Below, one piece after another: positions 37,006 to 45,635 of a DNA stretch of 52,977 bases. The DNA lies in contig JANOQV010000165.1 of assembly GCA_031414955.1 (NCBI GenBank), positions 1 to 52,977 of the forward strand. Direction: 5' to 3'. Source of the DNA: Pedosphaera sp. (lineage in GTDB: Bacteria; Verrucomicrobiota; Verrucomicrobiia; Limisphaerales; SIBH01). Positions within the stretch are counted from its first letter, which is position 1. Every line of letters begins with the position of its first letter. The notes beneath the pieces were generated by a model. That model was not told the DNA's origin and ran no database searches. It saw nothing but the letters and a program-made list of their open reading frames with translations. The position numbers were made by a program, and so were the translations under genes.

Positions 37006-38291
37006 GGCTTCCCCGGCTGCACCACCGAGATCACGAACTTCTCCTCGCTCAGGTATTTCTTCGTGATGCGGCGGATGTCTTCGAGGGTCACGGACTCGTA
37101 GCGCGCGTCGTCCTTGTCGCTGCGGTCGTAGCCGAGTCCGTAGAGTTCATCGAGCGCGGCGGCCATGGCGTAGCCGCCCAAATCCTGCCGGGCGATTTTC
37201 TTCTGGCCCACCACCTTGGCCTTGGCCCGGGTGAGCTCCTCGGCGGTCAGGCCGTCGGCGCGCAGGGCGGCGGCTTCCTTGAGCATCTCGGTTTCGACTT
37301 GCGCCACCTTCTCCGGCTCGGTGCCGGTGTAGAAGGCGAAGTAGCCGGGCGTGAGTCCGAGAAAATTCTGCGCGCCCACGTAGTAGGCCAACCCGAGCTT
37401 CTCGCGGATGCGCGTGAAGAGCCGCGAGCCAAGATCGCTGAGGGATTCCTGCAACAGCTCCAGCGCGTAACGGTCCTCGCTGAAGATGTCCGCGCCGGGA
37501 TAGCCGATGAGCAGCACGGCCTGCTTCTTGTCGCGCGTGTCGCTGACACGCTGGGTGGCGGTGAGCGCGGGCGGCACGGTGGCTTCGGGCAGCAACGAGT
37601 GGTTCTTCCACGCGCCGAACTTCTGCGTGATGGCCTTGCGCACGTCTTCCGCCTTTACGTCGCCGAAGATGGCGATGACGCAATTGGTCGGCGCGAACAG
37701 TCCCTCGTAGAACTTCTGCGCATCGGCGACCTGGAGCTTGGAAATGTTTTCCTCCGTGCCTTGGCTGTCGAGTCCGTAGCCCTGGTTGCCGAAGAGCGCG
37801 CGGCGCATGAGGCGTCCGCCGCTCTGGAGCAACTGGTCGCGTTGCGCGCGAATGGCGGAGAGCTGCATCTCTCGCTCGCGCTCGAAGGCGTCCTTCGGAA
37901 ACGCCGGATGCAGCAGTACGTCGGCGATGATGTTCAACCCGGTCGTGAAGTCCTCGGTCATCACCTCGGCGTTCACGCCGAAACTGTTGTTGCCGCCGTA
38001 GCTGTCGATGGAGCCGCCCATCGATTCCATTTCGCTGGCGATTTGCTCGGCGCTCCGCGTCTTGGTGCCTTGCAAAAGCATCTTGGCCATGAGCAGGGTC
38101 ACGCCGTTGTTCTCGGGCGTCTCGGCCAGCACGCCGCCGCGCAGCACGGTGCGAATCTCCACGAAGGGCAGGCGATGGTCTTCCTTCACCAGCAGGCGCA
38201 GGCCGTTGGCGAGTTCGAACTTTTGAATCGGCTGCGGTTGAACTGGTTTGAGTTCAGCAGTCGCGGTCGGAACGGCGTTGGCGATTTCCAT
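37002..38291 (-). CDS. M16 (pitrilysin/insulinase) family protein, non-catalytic subunit type
   Basis: LANGLRLLVKEDHRLP, LLQGTKTRSA and SRLFTRIREKLGLAY (R/Y pair); HXXEH replaced by LLMAK. Confidence 0.9.
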   Translation of the reverse strand: MEIANAVPTATAELKPVQPQPIQKFELANGLRLLVKEDHRLPFVEIRTVLRGGVLAETPENNGVTLLMAKMLLQGTKTRSAEQIASEMESMGGSIDSYGGNNSFGVNAEVMTEDFTTGLNIIADVLLHPAFPKDAFEREREMQLSAIRAQRDQLLQSGGRLMRRALFGNQGYGLDSQGTEENISKLQVADAQKFYEGLFAPTNCVIAIFGDVKAEDVRKAITQKFGAWKNHSLLPEATVPPALTATQRVSDTRDKKQAVLLIGYPGADIFSEDRYALELLQESLSDLGSRLFTRIREKLGLAYYVGAQNFLGLTPGYFAFYTGTEPEKVAQVETEMLKEAAALRADGLTAEELTRAKAKVVGQKKIARQDLGGYAMAAALDELYGLGYDRSDKDDARYESVTLEDIRRITKKYLSEEKFVISVVQPGKP

Positions 38292-38299
38292 GCGCGTGA

Positions 38300-38328
38300 A
38301 AATTACTGGTGGAACGAAGCGAGGGGAA
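38300..38328 (-). promoter_or_regulatory. putative promoter for the M16 gene (near-leaderless)
   Basis: Minus strand TTCCCC-17 nt-TAATTT, 8 nt before ATG 38291. Confidence 0.4.
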
Positions 38329-38482
38329 GAACTTAGCCGCGCAGTGTCGTGTGGTTTTCAAAATTGGAAAGGCGTCTGCGAACAGATGAGGTGCGGTTGA
38401 AAATGGCGGCCAGGGACGGCTCACCCTGTCGTCTCGCCGTCTGGATCGCTACTTTCAATCGCCCTCGCCCTGGTATGGATAC

Positions 38483-38511
38483 TTGACGCAGTGTGACCAC
38501 TTGACTAGAAC
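38483..38511 (+). promoter_or_regulatory. putative promoter for tRNA-Glu
   Basis: TTGACG-17 nt-TAGAAC, 13 nt upstream of the tRNA. Confidence 0.45.
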
Positions 38512-38524
38512 AGCCATGCTTTTT

Positions 38525-38599
38525 GGCGCGTTCGTCTATCGGCTAGGACATGGCCCTCTCAAGGCCGAAAGACGGGTTCGATTCCCGTACGCGCTACCA
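38525..38599 (+). tRNA. tRNA-Glu (CTC)
   Basis: GGCGCGT acceptor stem, TGGCC-CTCTCAA-GGCCG anticodon arm, GGTTCGATTCC T arm, encoded CCA. Confidence 0.96.
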
Positions 38600-38650
38600 A
38601 TGGCCAAATAGTCAAAATGTTCGGGATCTGAGTACGAATTGTTCTACGCC

Positions 38651-39022
38651 ATGCTTCCATTTCAGATTATTTTCAATCCTACGAGTGCGGCGGAGCTGTC
38701 CCGCATGCCCAAAGATCTGCAATTGGATATCCTGGGCGAGTTCAGCGGCATGCCCCTCCAAGTAATCAGCACGGAACTTGAGCGATACGGCAAACTTGAG
38801 CGGGAAGGAAAGACCCTGCACCGATTTCGTATTGGGGATTACCGTATTTATTTTGAGAGGCACGAATTGGGCCTGCTCGTCCATCGAGTTCTAAGCAAGA
38901 ACTCACTCAAGGATTTTCTTTTTCGGTCCAGTTTGCCTTTGGGTGAAGACGAAGTTCTACAGCAGAATCCAAAGTTTTGGGATCTGATCGAATCTTCCAA
39001 GCAGTCGGCTTCGCGCCCCTGA
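38651..39022 (+). CDS. RelE/StbE-like protein with no adjacent antitoxin
   Basis: FQIIFNPTSAAELSRMP...GKL...LHRFRIGDYRIYFE...VHRV. Confidence 0.72.
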   Translation: MLPFQIIFNPTSAAELSRMPKDLQLDILGEFSGMPLQVISTELERYGKLEREGKTLHRFRIGDYRIYFERHELGLLVHRVLSKNSLKDFLFRSSLPLGEDEVLQQNPKFWDLIESSKQSASRP

Positions 39023-39087
39023 GTCACACCTTTGCGTTTTCCAAATTTCCCGGGTCAGACGTAGCCACGTTTTCCGGTGAAGAAATA

Positions 39088-39425
39088 GTTCTTCCGGGAG
39101 GAGCGTGGGGCTAGTTGGAGACCTCCGCCATGGAACCAGACGGTGGCATTGAAGCGTTCGCAGTTGCGGGAGTCGATGGCCCGTTTGATCATTCTTTGGA
39201 TTGTAGGGTTGAATCCCTCCTGCGTCCCGTGGGTGAGTCGGTGCGCAAACTAGGTCAAAATGTTCGGCAGAAGACGTTTCAACATCTGCGCCACTTTGTT
39301 CTGCGGGAGCAGCCGGCTGTGGACGGCCGGGTTTTACCACCACGAGAAGAACGCCCGTCCTTCCGCCAGGTCGGCGCACTGCCACAAGTCCAGTAACGCT
39401 ACTTTCAGACACCACGCCTGGCCTG
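39088..39425 (-). mobile_element. ISL3-family transposase relic (C-terminal part, two in-frame stops) with right end
   Basis: Hand translation: AWCLKVALLDLW..FFSWW*NPAVHSRLLPQNKVAQMLKRLLPNILT*FAHRLTHGTQEGFNPTIQRMIKRA..RNCERF..WFHGGGLQLAP, followed by CCCACG..CCCGGAAGAAC (ISL3-like terminal repeat). Confidence 0.82.
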
Positions 39426-39550
39426 GCGCAGACGCTGGGGCCCGGCGGGACAGTCTGGATTTGCGAGTGAGAAGCGGCCTTGGGAGGCCATTCCTCGTGG
39501 CTCGACTCCCGTCCGGCTGCTGTCCATCATCCGCCCGCCGGTGAAATCTT

Positions 39551-41512
39551 ATGAACAAAACCAGCAGTGAATCGGGCGCGGGCACGCCGGAAAGTGATTC
39601 CGCCTCCGAGACCAAGGCCACCGGAACGGCCGGCGCTCATCCCCGCTCAAAGAAGTTCATGCTGGCACTGGCCCTGGGCGCGCTGGGCGTGGTGTATGGC
39701 GACATCGGCACCAGCCCGCTTTACGCCCTGCGCGAATGCTTCCACGGCGCACATGGCGTGACCGTGAATCGGGAAAATGTCCTCGGCGTGCTCTCGCTTG
39801 TCTTCTGGACGCTGACCATCATCATCTCGATCAAGTACATCGCTTTCGTGCTGCGCGCGGACAACAAGGGCGAAGGCGGGGTGCTTTCGCTGCTCTCGCT
39901 GGCCTTGCCGGAGAAGAAGGACCAGCGCACGCGCGGTTGGCGCGGATTCGTGATGCTGCTGGGCGTGTTCGGCGCGGCCTTGCTTTACGGAGATGGCATC
40001 CTCACGCCGGCGGTGTCCATCCTGAGCGCGGTGGAGGGGTTGAAACTGGCCACGCCGGCCTTCGAGCCTTACATCCTTCCCATCACCATCGGGATCATCA
40101 TCGCCCTGTTCGCGGTGCAAAGCCGGGGCACGAGCAAGATGGGCGCAATCTTCGGTCCGATCACGCTGGTGTGGTTCCTCGCCCTGATCGCCCTGGGAGT
40201 GCGGGGCATCTTGCAGGATCCTTCGGTGTTCGCCGCGATCAATCCCGCCCACGGGCTTCACTTCCTGCTCTACTCGGGCCGGGCCGGCCTGGTGGTGATG
40301 GGCGCGGTGGTGCTGGTCATCACGGGCGGCGAGGCGCTGTATGCAGACATGGGCCACTACGGACGCGGCCCCATCCGGCTGGCCTGGTACTTCCTCGTCT
40401 TCCCGGCGCTGGTGCTGAATTACTTCGGACAGGGCGCGTGGCTGCTCACCTACCCCGAGGCGAAGGAGAATCCCTTCTTCAATCTGGCACCGTCGTGGGC
40501 CCTCTATCCGATGGTCGTCATCGCCACCAGCGCGGCCATCATCGCCTCGCAGGCGCTCATCTCGGGCGCGTTCTCGCTGACCATGCAGGCCATTCAACTG
40601 GGCTACTCGCCGCGCATGAGGATCGACCACACGTCGTCCCACACCCGCGGGCAGATTTACATGCCGCACCTGAACTGGGCGCTGATGCTGGCCTGCATCG
40701 GGCTGGTGCTGGCCTTCCAAACCTCCAGCCGCCTGGCTTCGCTCTACGGCGTGGCGGTGACCATCACCATGTTCATCACCACCATGCTGTTTTACTTCGC
40801 CTCGCGGCGGTTGTGGAACTGGTCACGATGGCAGGCCGGGCTGCTCTGCGGATCGCTGCTCGTGCTGGAGGGCGTCTTGTGCCTGTCCAATCTGTTGAAG
40901 ATTCCCCACGGCGGCTGGTTCCCCCTCGCGCTGGCGGCGATCATCTTCACCCTCATGGCCACCTGGAAAACGGGCCGCCGCATCCTGGGCGAACGGCTGC
41001 GCGGCAGTTTCATTCCGCTTAATCTGTTCCTCGATGACGTGGCCGCCAACCCCCCGGTGCGAGTGCCGGGCACGGCGGTGTTTCTTTCCAGCAATGCCGA
41101 GTCCACGCCCCTGGCGATGCTGCACAATCTCAAGCACAACCGCGTCCTGCATCGGAGCGTGGTCTTCCTCACCATCCAGGTGGAGGACGTGCCGCACATC
41201 CAGGCCGGGCGCATCTCGCTCGAAAAAATGCGCGACGGATTCCACCGCGTCATCGCACGCTACGGCTACATGGAAGAGCCGAACGTGCCCGAGGTACTGG
41301 ACCAATGCCGCCCGCTCGGGCTGGAATTCGAGTGGATGAGCACGACGTTCTTCCTCAGCCGTGAGACGATCATCCCGTCCAAGAAGCCGGGCATGGCGCT
41401 CTGGCGGGAGATGATCTTCGCGTTCCTGTCGCGCAACTCACAGCGTCCGACGGATTTCTTCCGCATCCCGGCCAACCGCGTGGTCGAGCTGGGGATGCAG
41501 GTGGAGATGTAA
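39551..41512 (+). CDS. kup: potassium transporter Kup
   Basis: GALGVVYGDIGTSPLY, ADNKGEGG, GGEALYADMGH, GQIYMP and FFLSRET. Confidence 0.97.
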   Translation: MNKTSSESGAGTPESDSASETKATGTAGAHPRSKKFMLALALGALGVVYGDIGTSPLYALRECFHGAHGVTVNRENVLGVLSLVFWTLTIIISIKYIAFVLRADNKGEGGVLSLLSLALPEKKDQRTRGWRGFVMLLGVFGAALLYGDGILTPAVSILSAVEGLKLATPAFEPYILPITIGIIIALFAVQSRGTSKMGAIFGPITLVWFLALIALGVRGILQDPSVFAAINPAHGLHFLLYSGRAGLVVMGAVVLVITGGEALYADMGHYGRGPIRLAWYFLVFPALVLNYFGQGAWLLTYPEAKENPFFNLAPSWALYPMVVIATSAAIIASQALISGAFSLTMQAIQLGYSPRMRIDHTSSHTRGQIYMPHLNWALMLACIGLVLAFQTSSRLASLYGVAVTITMFITTMLFYFASRRLWNWSRWQAGLLCGSLLVLEGVLCLSNLLKIPHGGWFPLALAAIIFTLMATWKTGRRILGERLRGSFIPLNLFLDDVAANPPVRVPGTAVFLSSNAESTPLAMLHNLKHNRVLHRSVVFLTIQVEDVPHIQAGRISLEKMRDGFHRVIARYGYMEEPNVPEVLDQCRPLGLEFEWMSTTFFLSRETIIPSKKPGMALWREMIFAFLSRNSQRPTDFFRIPANRVVELGMQVEM

Positions 41513-41520
41513 GGGGCTGG

Positions 41521-43119
41521 CTACGCGCCGATCTTCACCGCAGTTGGGGCGGGTGGTCGCTTCCGAATCTTCACCGGCACCGTGTTGGTCTGCGGCACGC
41601 CCGGCGTGCTTCGTCCCCGCGCCACTTGCTCTTCCAGCGACTTCGTGAGCCGCTCGACGATCTCCGGACGCGTCGCGACCAGGTTGTTCGTCTCGCCGGG
41701 GTCGCGCGACAAATCGTAGAGCTGCGTGGCCGGAAGATTCTTCTCCGCCGGCGTGCCCGGTTTCGGCGCGCTCCACCCGCCGGAGCCGGCGCACAGTTCC
41801 AGTTTCCATTGGCCTTGGCGGATGGCGAACGAGCCATTGATGGAATGATGCACGAGCGTATCGCGCACCGGCTGCTTGGCGCGGCCCAGCAGCACGGACA
41901 GGAAACTCACGCTGTCCTCGCCCGCCGTGTCGGGAAGTTTCGCGCCGAGAAGATCCGCACAGGTCGCCATCAAGTCGTTCAGGCAAATCAACTGGTCCGT
42001 CGTGCTCCCCGCTTTCACTTTCCCCGACCAGCGGGCGAGGAATGGCACATGGTGGCCGCCATCGAAGATGTCCGCCTTGGTGCCGCGAAAAATGTGACTG
42101 GGATCGTGCCCGTGCTTCGCCAGCGCCGGGTAATCCGCCTCCGGCGAGCAACCATTGTCGCTTGTGAAAATCACCAGCGTGTTTCCAGCCACTCCGTTCT
42201 TCTCCAGCGCCCCCAGCACCTCGCCCACCGTCGCGTCCGTCTGCATCACAAAGTCGGCGTAGGGATTGAGGCCGCTCCGGCCCTGCCATTCCTTGGTCGG
42301 CGCGATGGGCGTGTGCGGCGCGTTGAGCGGCAGATAGAGGAAGAACGGCCGGCCTTGCTTCGCCTCGGCCGCGCGTTGCCCGATGTAATCGACGGCCCGG
42401 CGCGTCAGGGTGGGCAAGACTTCTTCCACGGTGAACCTCTCCGCCGCCGGCCCGCGCCGCGTGAGCTTGTTGGTTCGTCCCAGCATCATCGGGAAGGCCG
42501 CTTCGGTCGTCGGCACGACGGTCACGCGATCATTTTCGATGAACGTGTACGGCACCATGTCGAGGGAGGCCGAGATGCCGAAGTAGTAATCGAAGCCGGC
42601 GCTGTTCGGTCCGTTGCGAATCGGCTTGGTGAAATCCACCCGGCCAGCCTGCGCGGGTTTCTCAATCTCATCGGTGAACTCACCCTGACTGTTCTTCGAC
42701 GCCCAATCCATTCCGACATGCCATTTCCCGATGGCCGCCGTGTGATAGCCGTGCTGCTTCAGAAACGCCGGCACCGTCAACCGCCCCGGCTCGATCAGTG
42801 CCGGGCTGAGTCCGCCGAGCACACCGCTCTGGAGTCGCGAGCGCCAGTTGTAGCGCCCGGTGAGCAGACCGTAGCGCGTGGGTGAGCAGACGGCGGAACT
42901 GGAATGGGCCTCGGTGAAGACCATGCCTTGGGTCGCGAGTCGATCAAGGTTGGGGGTGGCGATTTTGCCTTTCGGATTCAGGCAGCGGACATCGCCATAG
43001 CCCAGATCGTCACACAGGATAAACACGAGATTGGGTTTCTCTGCCGCCCGGTCGTTGAAAACCAGGAGGCACAGTGATACGGCCACAAGGCACCATCGAA
43101 ACAAGCGCTTCAAGGACAT
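41521..43119 (-). CDS. secreted arylsulfatase (formylglycine-dependent)
   Basis: KPNLVFILCDDLGYGD, CSPTRYGLLTGRY, IGKWH, FTSDNG and LYDLSRDPGE. Confidence 0.95.
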   Translation of the reverse strand: MSLKRLFRWCLVAVSLCLLVFNDRAAEKPNLVFILCDDLGYGDVRCLNPKGKIATPNLDRLATQGMVFTEAHSSSAVCSPTRYGLLTGRYNWRSRLQSGVLGGLSPALIEPGRLTVPAFLKQHGYHTAAIGKWHVGMDWASKNSQGEFTDEIEKPAQAGRVDFTKPIRNGPNSAGFDYYFGISASLDMVPYTFIENDRVTVVPTTEAAFPMMLGRTNKLTRRGPAAERFTVEEVLPTLTRRAVDYIGQRAAEAKQGRPFFLYLPLNAPHTPIAPTKEWQGRSGLNPYADFVMQTDATVGEVLGALEKNGVAGNTLVIFTSDNGCSPEADYPALAKHGHDPSHIFRGTKADIFDGGHHVPFLARWSGKVKAGSTTDQLICLNDLMATCADLLGAKLPDTAGEDSVSFLSVLLGRAKQPVRDTLVHHSINGSFAIRQGQWKLELCAGSGGWSAPKPGTPAEKNLPATQLYDLSRDPGETNNLVATRPEIVERLTKSLEEQVARGRSTPGVPQTNTVPVKIRKRPPAPTAVKIGA

Positions 43120-43246
43120 GGCATCAGGGTGGGGAAATAACCCCGCAATATCAATGCCGCGTTGGACGGACGGCGCGCGCTCCGCCCGTCAGGAGTCGCA
43201 ATTCTTCCTGGCGGCATCGAAATGGGGTTGGACCTGCTGTTGAAGA

Positions 43247-43323
43247 TGGTGCGCGCGGCGGGAGTTGAACCCACAACCTTCGCCTTCGGAGGGCGCCACT
43301 CTATCCAATTGAGCTACGCGCGC
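43247..43323 (-). tRNA. tRNA-Arg (CCG)
   Basis: Minus strand GCGCGCGTAGCTCAATTGGATAGAG..GCC-CTCCGAA-GGC..GGTTCAACTCC..CGCGCGCACCA. Confidence 0.96.
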
Positions 43324-43393
43324 ACTTTGCAGAACAAGTCCGACGCTAGGCGACGGCGGAGTTGTTGTCACCCGGTTTTCTTTGCCAGGCGCG

Positions 43394-43420
43394 GCGCAGA
43401 TAACAGCGCAGATAACAGCG
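43394..43420. repeat. 12-bp tandem direct repeat
   Basis: GCGCAGATAACA x2 plus GCG, in the divergent intergenic region. Confidence 0.8.
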
Positions 43421-43475
43421 TTGACCAGCGAACCTCAGGCAGACATTTTGCAGAAAACCAAAACTGGAGCGCACC

Positions 43476-44222
43476 ATGATTATCCCGCCGACCTGGAACC
43501 TCCCTGAAGCCATCCGGGCGCGACTGGGCCAAAGTACTTACGGACGCCAGCGCGCCATCGTGGAGGAAGGCCATCTGCTGCTGGTCTTGCACAGGACGCC
43601 CGGCCCGGATGATCGCGGGCGCGAGGGCGTGCTCTTCTGGCGCAATCCCGCCGGCGAATGGCAGTGCAATCGCGGCGGCCCCGGCTCCGGCACCTTGAAA
43701 CGCCATGTGCAGTCGTACGTGGACGTCGAAGGCAAGCTGACCCAGGACTACGACGCCGCGACCGCGGTAGGCGGGCTGTTTGACTTGCAGGAGGCGCTGA
43801 CGCCGCTGGCCCGCGCCGCGTGCAACATGCACCACGCCCTGCAAGCCGCGCGCGAGTCCATCAAGCAGGACTTGTTCATCATCGAGGTGCGCGACCTGGC
43901 CTACGAGGTGGAGCGGAACCTGGAGTTGCTGCTGGAGGATGTGCGCAACGCGATCCACCAGGCCACGGCGCGCGAGGCCGAGGCGCAGTCCCAGGCCGGC
44001 CGGGAAGCGCTCAAGGCCAGCCACCGGTTGAATGCCCTCGCGGCGTTGTTCCTTCCGCTGACCGCCATCACCAGCCTGTTCAGCATGAATTTCGAGCACG
44101 GGCTGAATGAGCGCAGCCCGACCCTCTTCTGGCTGATCTTCGCCGGCGGCGTGCTCATCGGTTTCGCGATGAAAAGCTGGGTGACGGCGAAGCCGAAAGC
44201 CGTCCCGCCGCCCAAGCTGTAG
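43476..44222 (+). CDS. CorA-like divalent cation transporter family protein
   Basis: Helical cytosolic part, then LNALAALFLPLTAITSLFSMNF and a second TM helix. Confidence 0.7.
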   Translation: MIIPPTWNLPEAIRARLGQSTYGRQRAIVEEGHLLLVLHRTPGPDDRGREGVLFWRNPAGEWQCNRGGPGSGTLKRHVQSYVDVEGKLTQDYDAATAVGGLFDLQEALTPLARAACNMHHALQAARESIKQDLFIIEVRDLAYEVERNLELLLEDVRNAIHQATAREAEAQSQAGREALKASHRLNALAALFLPLTAITSLFSMNFEHGLNERSPTLFWLIFAGGVLIGFAMKSWVTAKPKAVPPPKL

Positions 44223-44294
44223 CTAATGCTGGCTGGGAGTGCCGGCGAAATGAGCCGCAGCGCGGGCGCGCCGCGCTTCAACCGCACGGAGCTT

Positions 44295-44525
44295 TCAGCC
44301 GTCGTTCCCAATCGTTTCAGTCGGGCAGCCATTCATCGCTTCCGTGGCTGCTTTGAACTGCTCCGGTGTGAGCGGTTGGTGATAGGCGATGCTGAACCCG
44401 GTTTCGTCGTTGCGACGGAATGTTTCGGGAGCCGTGTCGCGGCACAGGTCGCAATCGATGCACGAGGAGTCCACGTAGAACGGTCCCGGCACGTTGCCCG
44501 GCTGCTTGTCATTTTTGTTTGCCAT
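44295..44525 (-). CDS. ferredoxin (single cluster)
   Basis: FYVDSSCIDCDLCRDTAP...CPTETIG; start ATG 44525, hidden at the end of a long shadow ORF. Confidence 0.92.
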   Translation of the reverse strand: MANKNDKQPGNVPGPFYVDSSCIDCDLCRDTAPETFRRNDETGFSIAYHQPLTPEQFKAATEAMNGCPTETIGNDG

Positions 44526-44594
44526 AACGATGTGAGCATCTGGCGGCATCGTGGTTGCGTGAAATTCATTGCGCTCGTTACAGTGATGCTCGCG

Positions 44595-45512
44595 ATGAAT
44601 GAATTCCTCGCCACTGGCCCGTTCGACCTTTACGAACTGCAACTCTTCCACCTCGTTGCGGAGCATCGGAATTTCACGAAGGCCGGTCGCGCGGCGGGGC
44701 TGACGCAGAGCGCCATCACGCGGCAGATTCGCGGGATGGAAGATCGCCTCGGCGTTTCCCTGTTCGAGCGCACCACGCGCTCGGTCCACCTGACGCCGGC
44801 GGGCGCGGCCTTGCATGCCCGCTCCGGTGCGATTCTCTCCGGCGTGAACGATGCCGTCAGCGCGTTGAAAGATGGCTTCAATCTCGCACCGAAGACGCTG
44901 CGTGTTGGAATCGCGCGCACCATTGGCCTCGCTTATCTGCCGGGCTTTTTCCGGCGCTTCCAAACCCGGTTTCCGCGCGTGCAGGTCCGCGTGTCGCATG
45001 AGTCGGGCGCGTTCATTCTGGCGGCGGTGGAAAGCGGGGAACTCGACATCGGCATCGTCGCGGCTCCAGCCCAAATGTCGCGGGCGCTCACGGTCACGCA
45101 TCGGTTCGTCGATGAGTTCGTCGCCATTGCGCCGCCCCGGCTCCGGCTTTCGGGAGCGGTGCAACGAGTGCCACCCGTTGACTTGCCCAAGATTTTCGCG
45201 CGCCAACGCTGGTTGCTCATCAGCGATGACACGAGCACGGGCAAGCGATTGCGCGCGTGGCTCACGCGCCATCAAGTGAAGCTGGAAACGGCGATGGAGG
45301 CGGACAACTTCGATCTGATCGTGAATCTCGTTTCGCTGGGTCTCGGCGTCAGCATCGTCCCGCACCGGGTGCTGGCGCTCCATCCGCAGAGCCGCCCGGT
45401 GCAACGCGTCAGCACCGCGCCCAAATTCACCCGCGAATTGATTGTCGTAGTCCGCCGCCAACCGAAGCTGCCCAGCACCCTGGCCAGCTTCGTGGAGAAC
45501 ATTCTGTTTTGA
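44595..45512 (+). CDS. LysR-family transcriptional regulator
   Basis: NFTKAGRAAGLTQSAITRQIRGMEDRLGVSLFERTTR HTH; GELDIGI; GLGVSIVP. Confidence 0.93.
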   Translation: MNEFLATGPFDLYELQLFHLVAEHRNFTKAGRAAGLTQSAITRQIRGMEDRLGVSLFERTTRSVHLTPAGAALHARSGAILSGVNDAVSALKDGFNLAPKTLRVGIARTIGLAYLPGFFRRFQTRFPRVQVRVSHESGAFILAAVESGELDIGIVAAPAQMSRALTVTHRFVDEFVAIAPPRLRLSGAVQRVPPVDLPKIFARQRWLLISDDTSTGKRLRAWLTRHQVKLETAMEADNFDLIVNLVSLGLGVSIVPHRVLALHPQSRPVQRVSTAPKFTRELIVVVRRQPKLPSTLASFVENILF

Positions 45513-45635
45513 GCCTCTGGCCCGTTGGCCGGCCCGGCCCGGCTGGTGGGATGCCCGGACGGTCGCCAGTTTGGCGCTGATGTCCGTCCGTGCGGCTTAA
45601 AGTCCGCCACGCATTCCGCCGTTGTCATCCTTGCC

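Noticed and set aside
38525..43323. Genomic island integrated at tRNA-Glu or tRNA-Arg
   Set aside because: No duplicated tRNA 3' end and no integrase were found; kup and the sulfatase have host-like composition.
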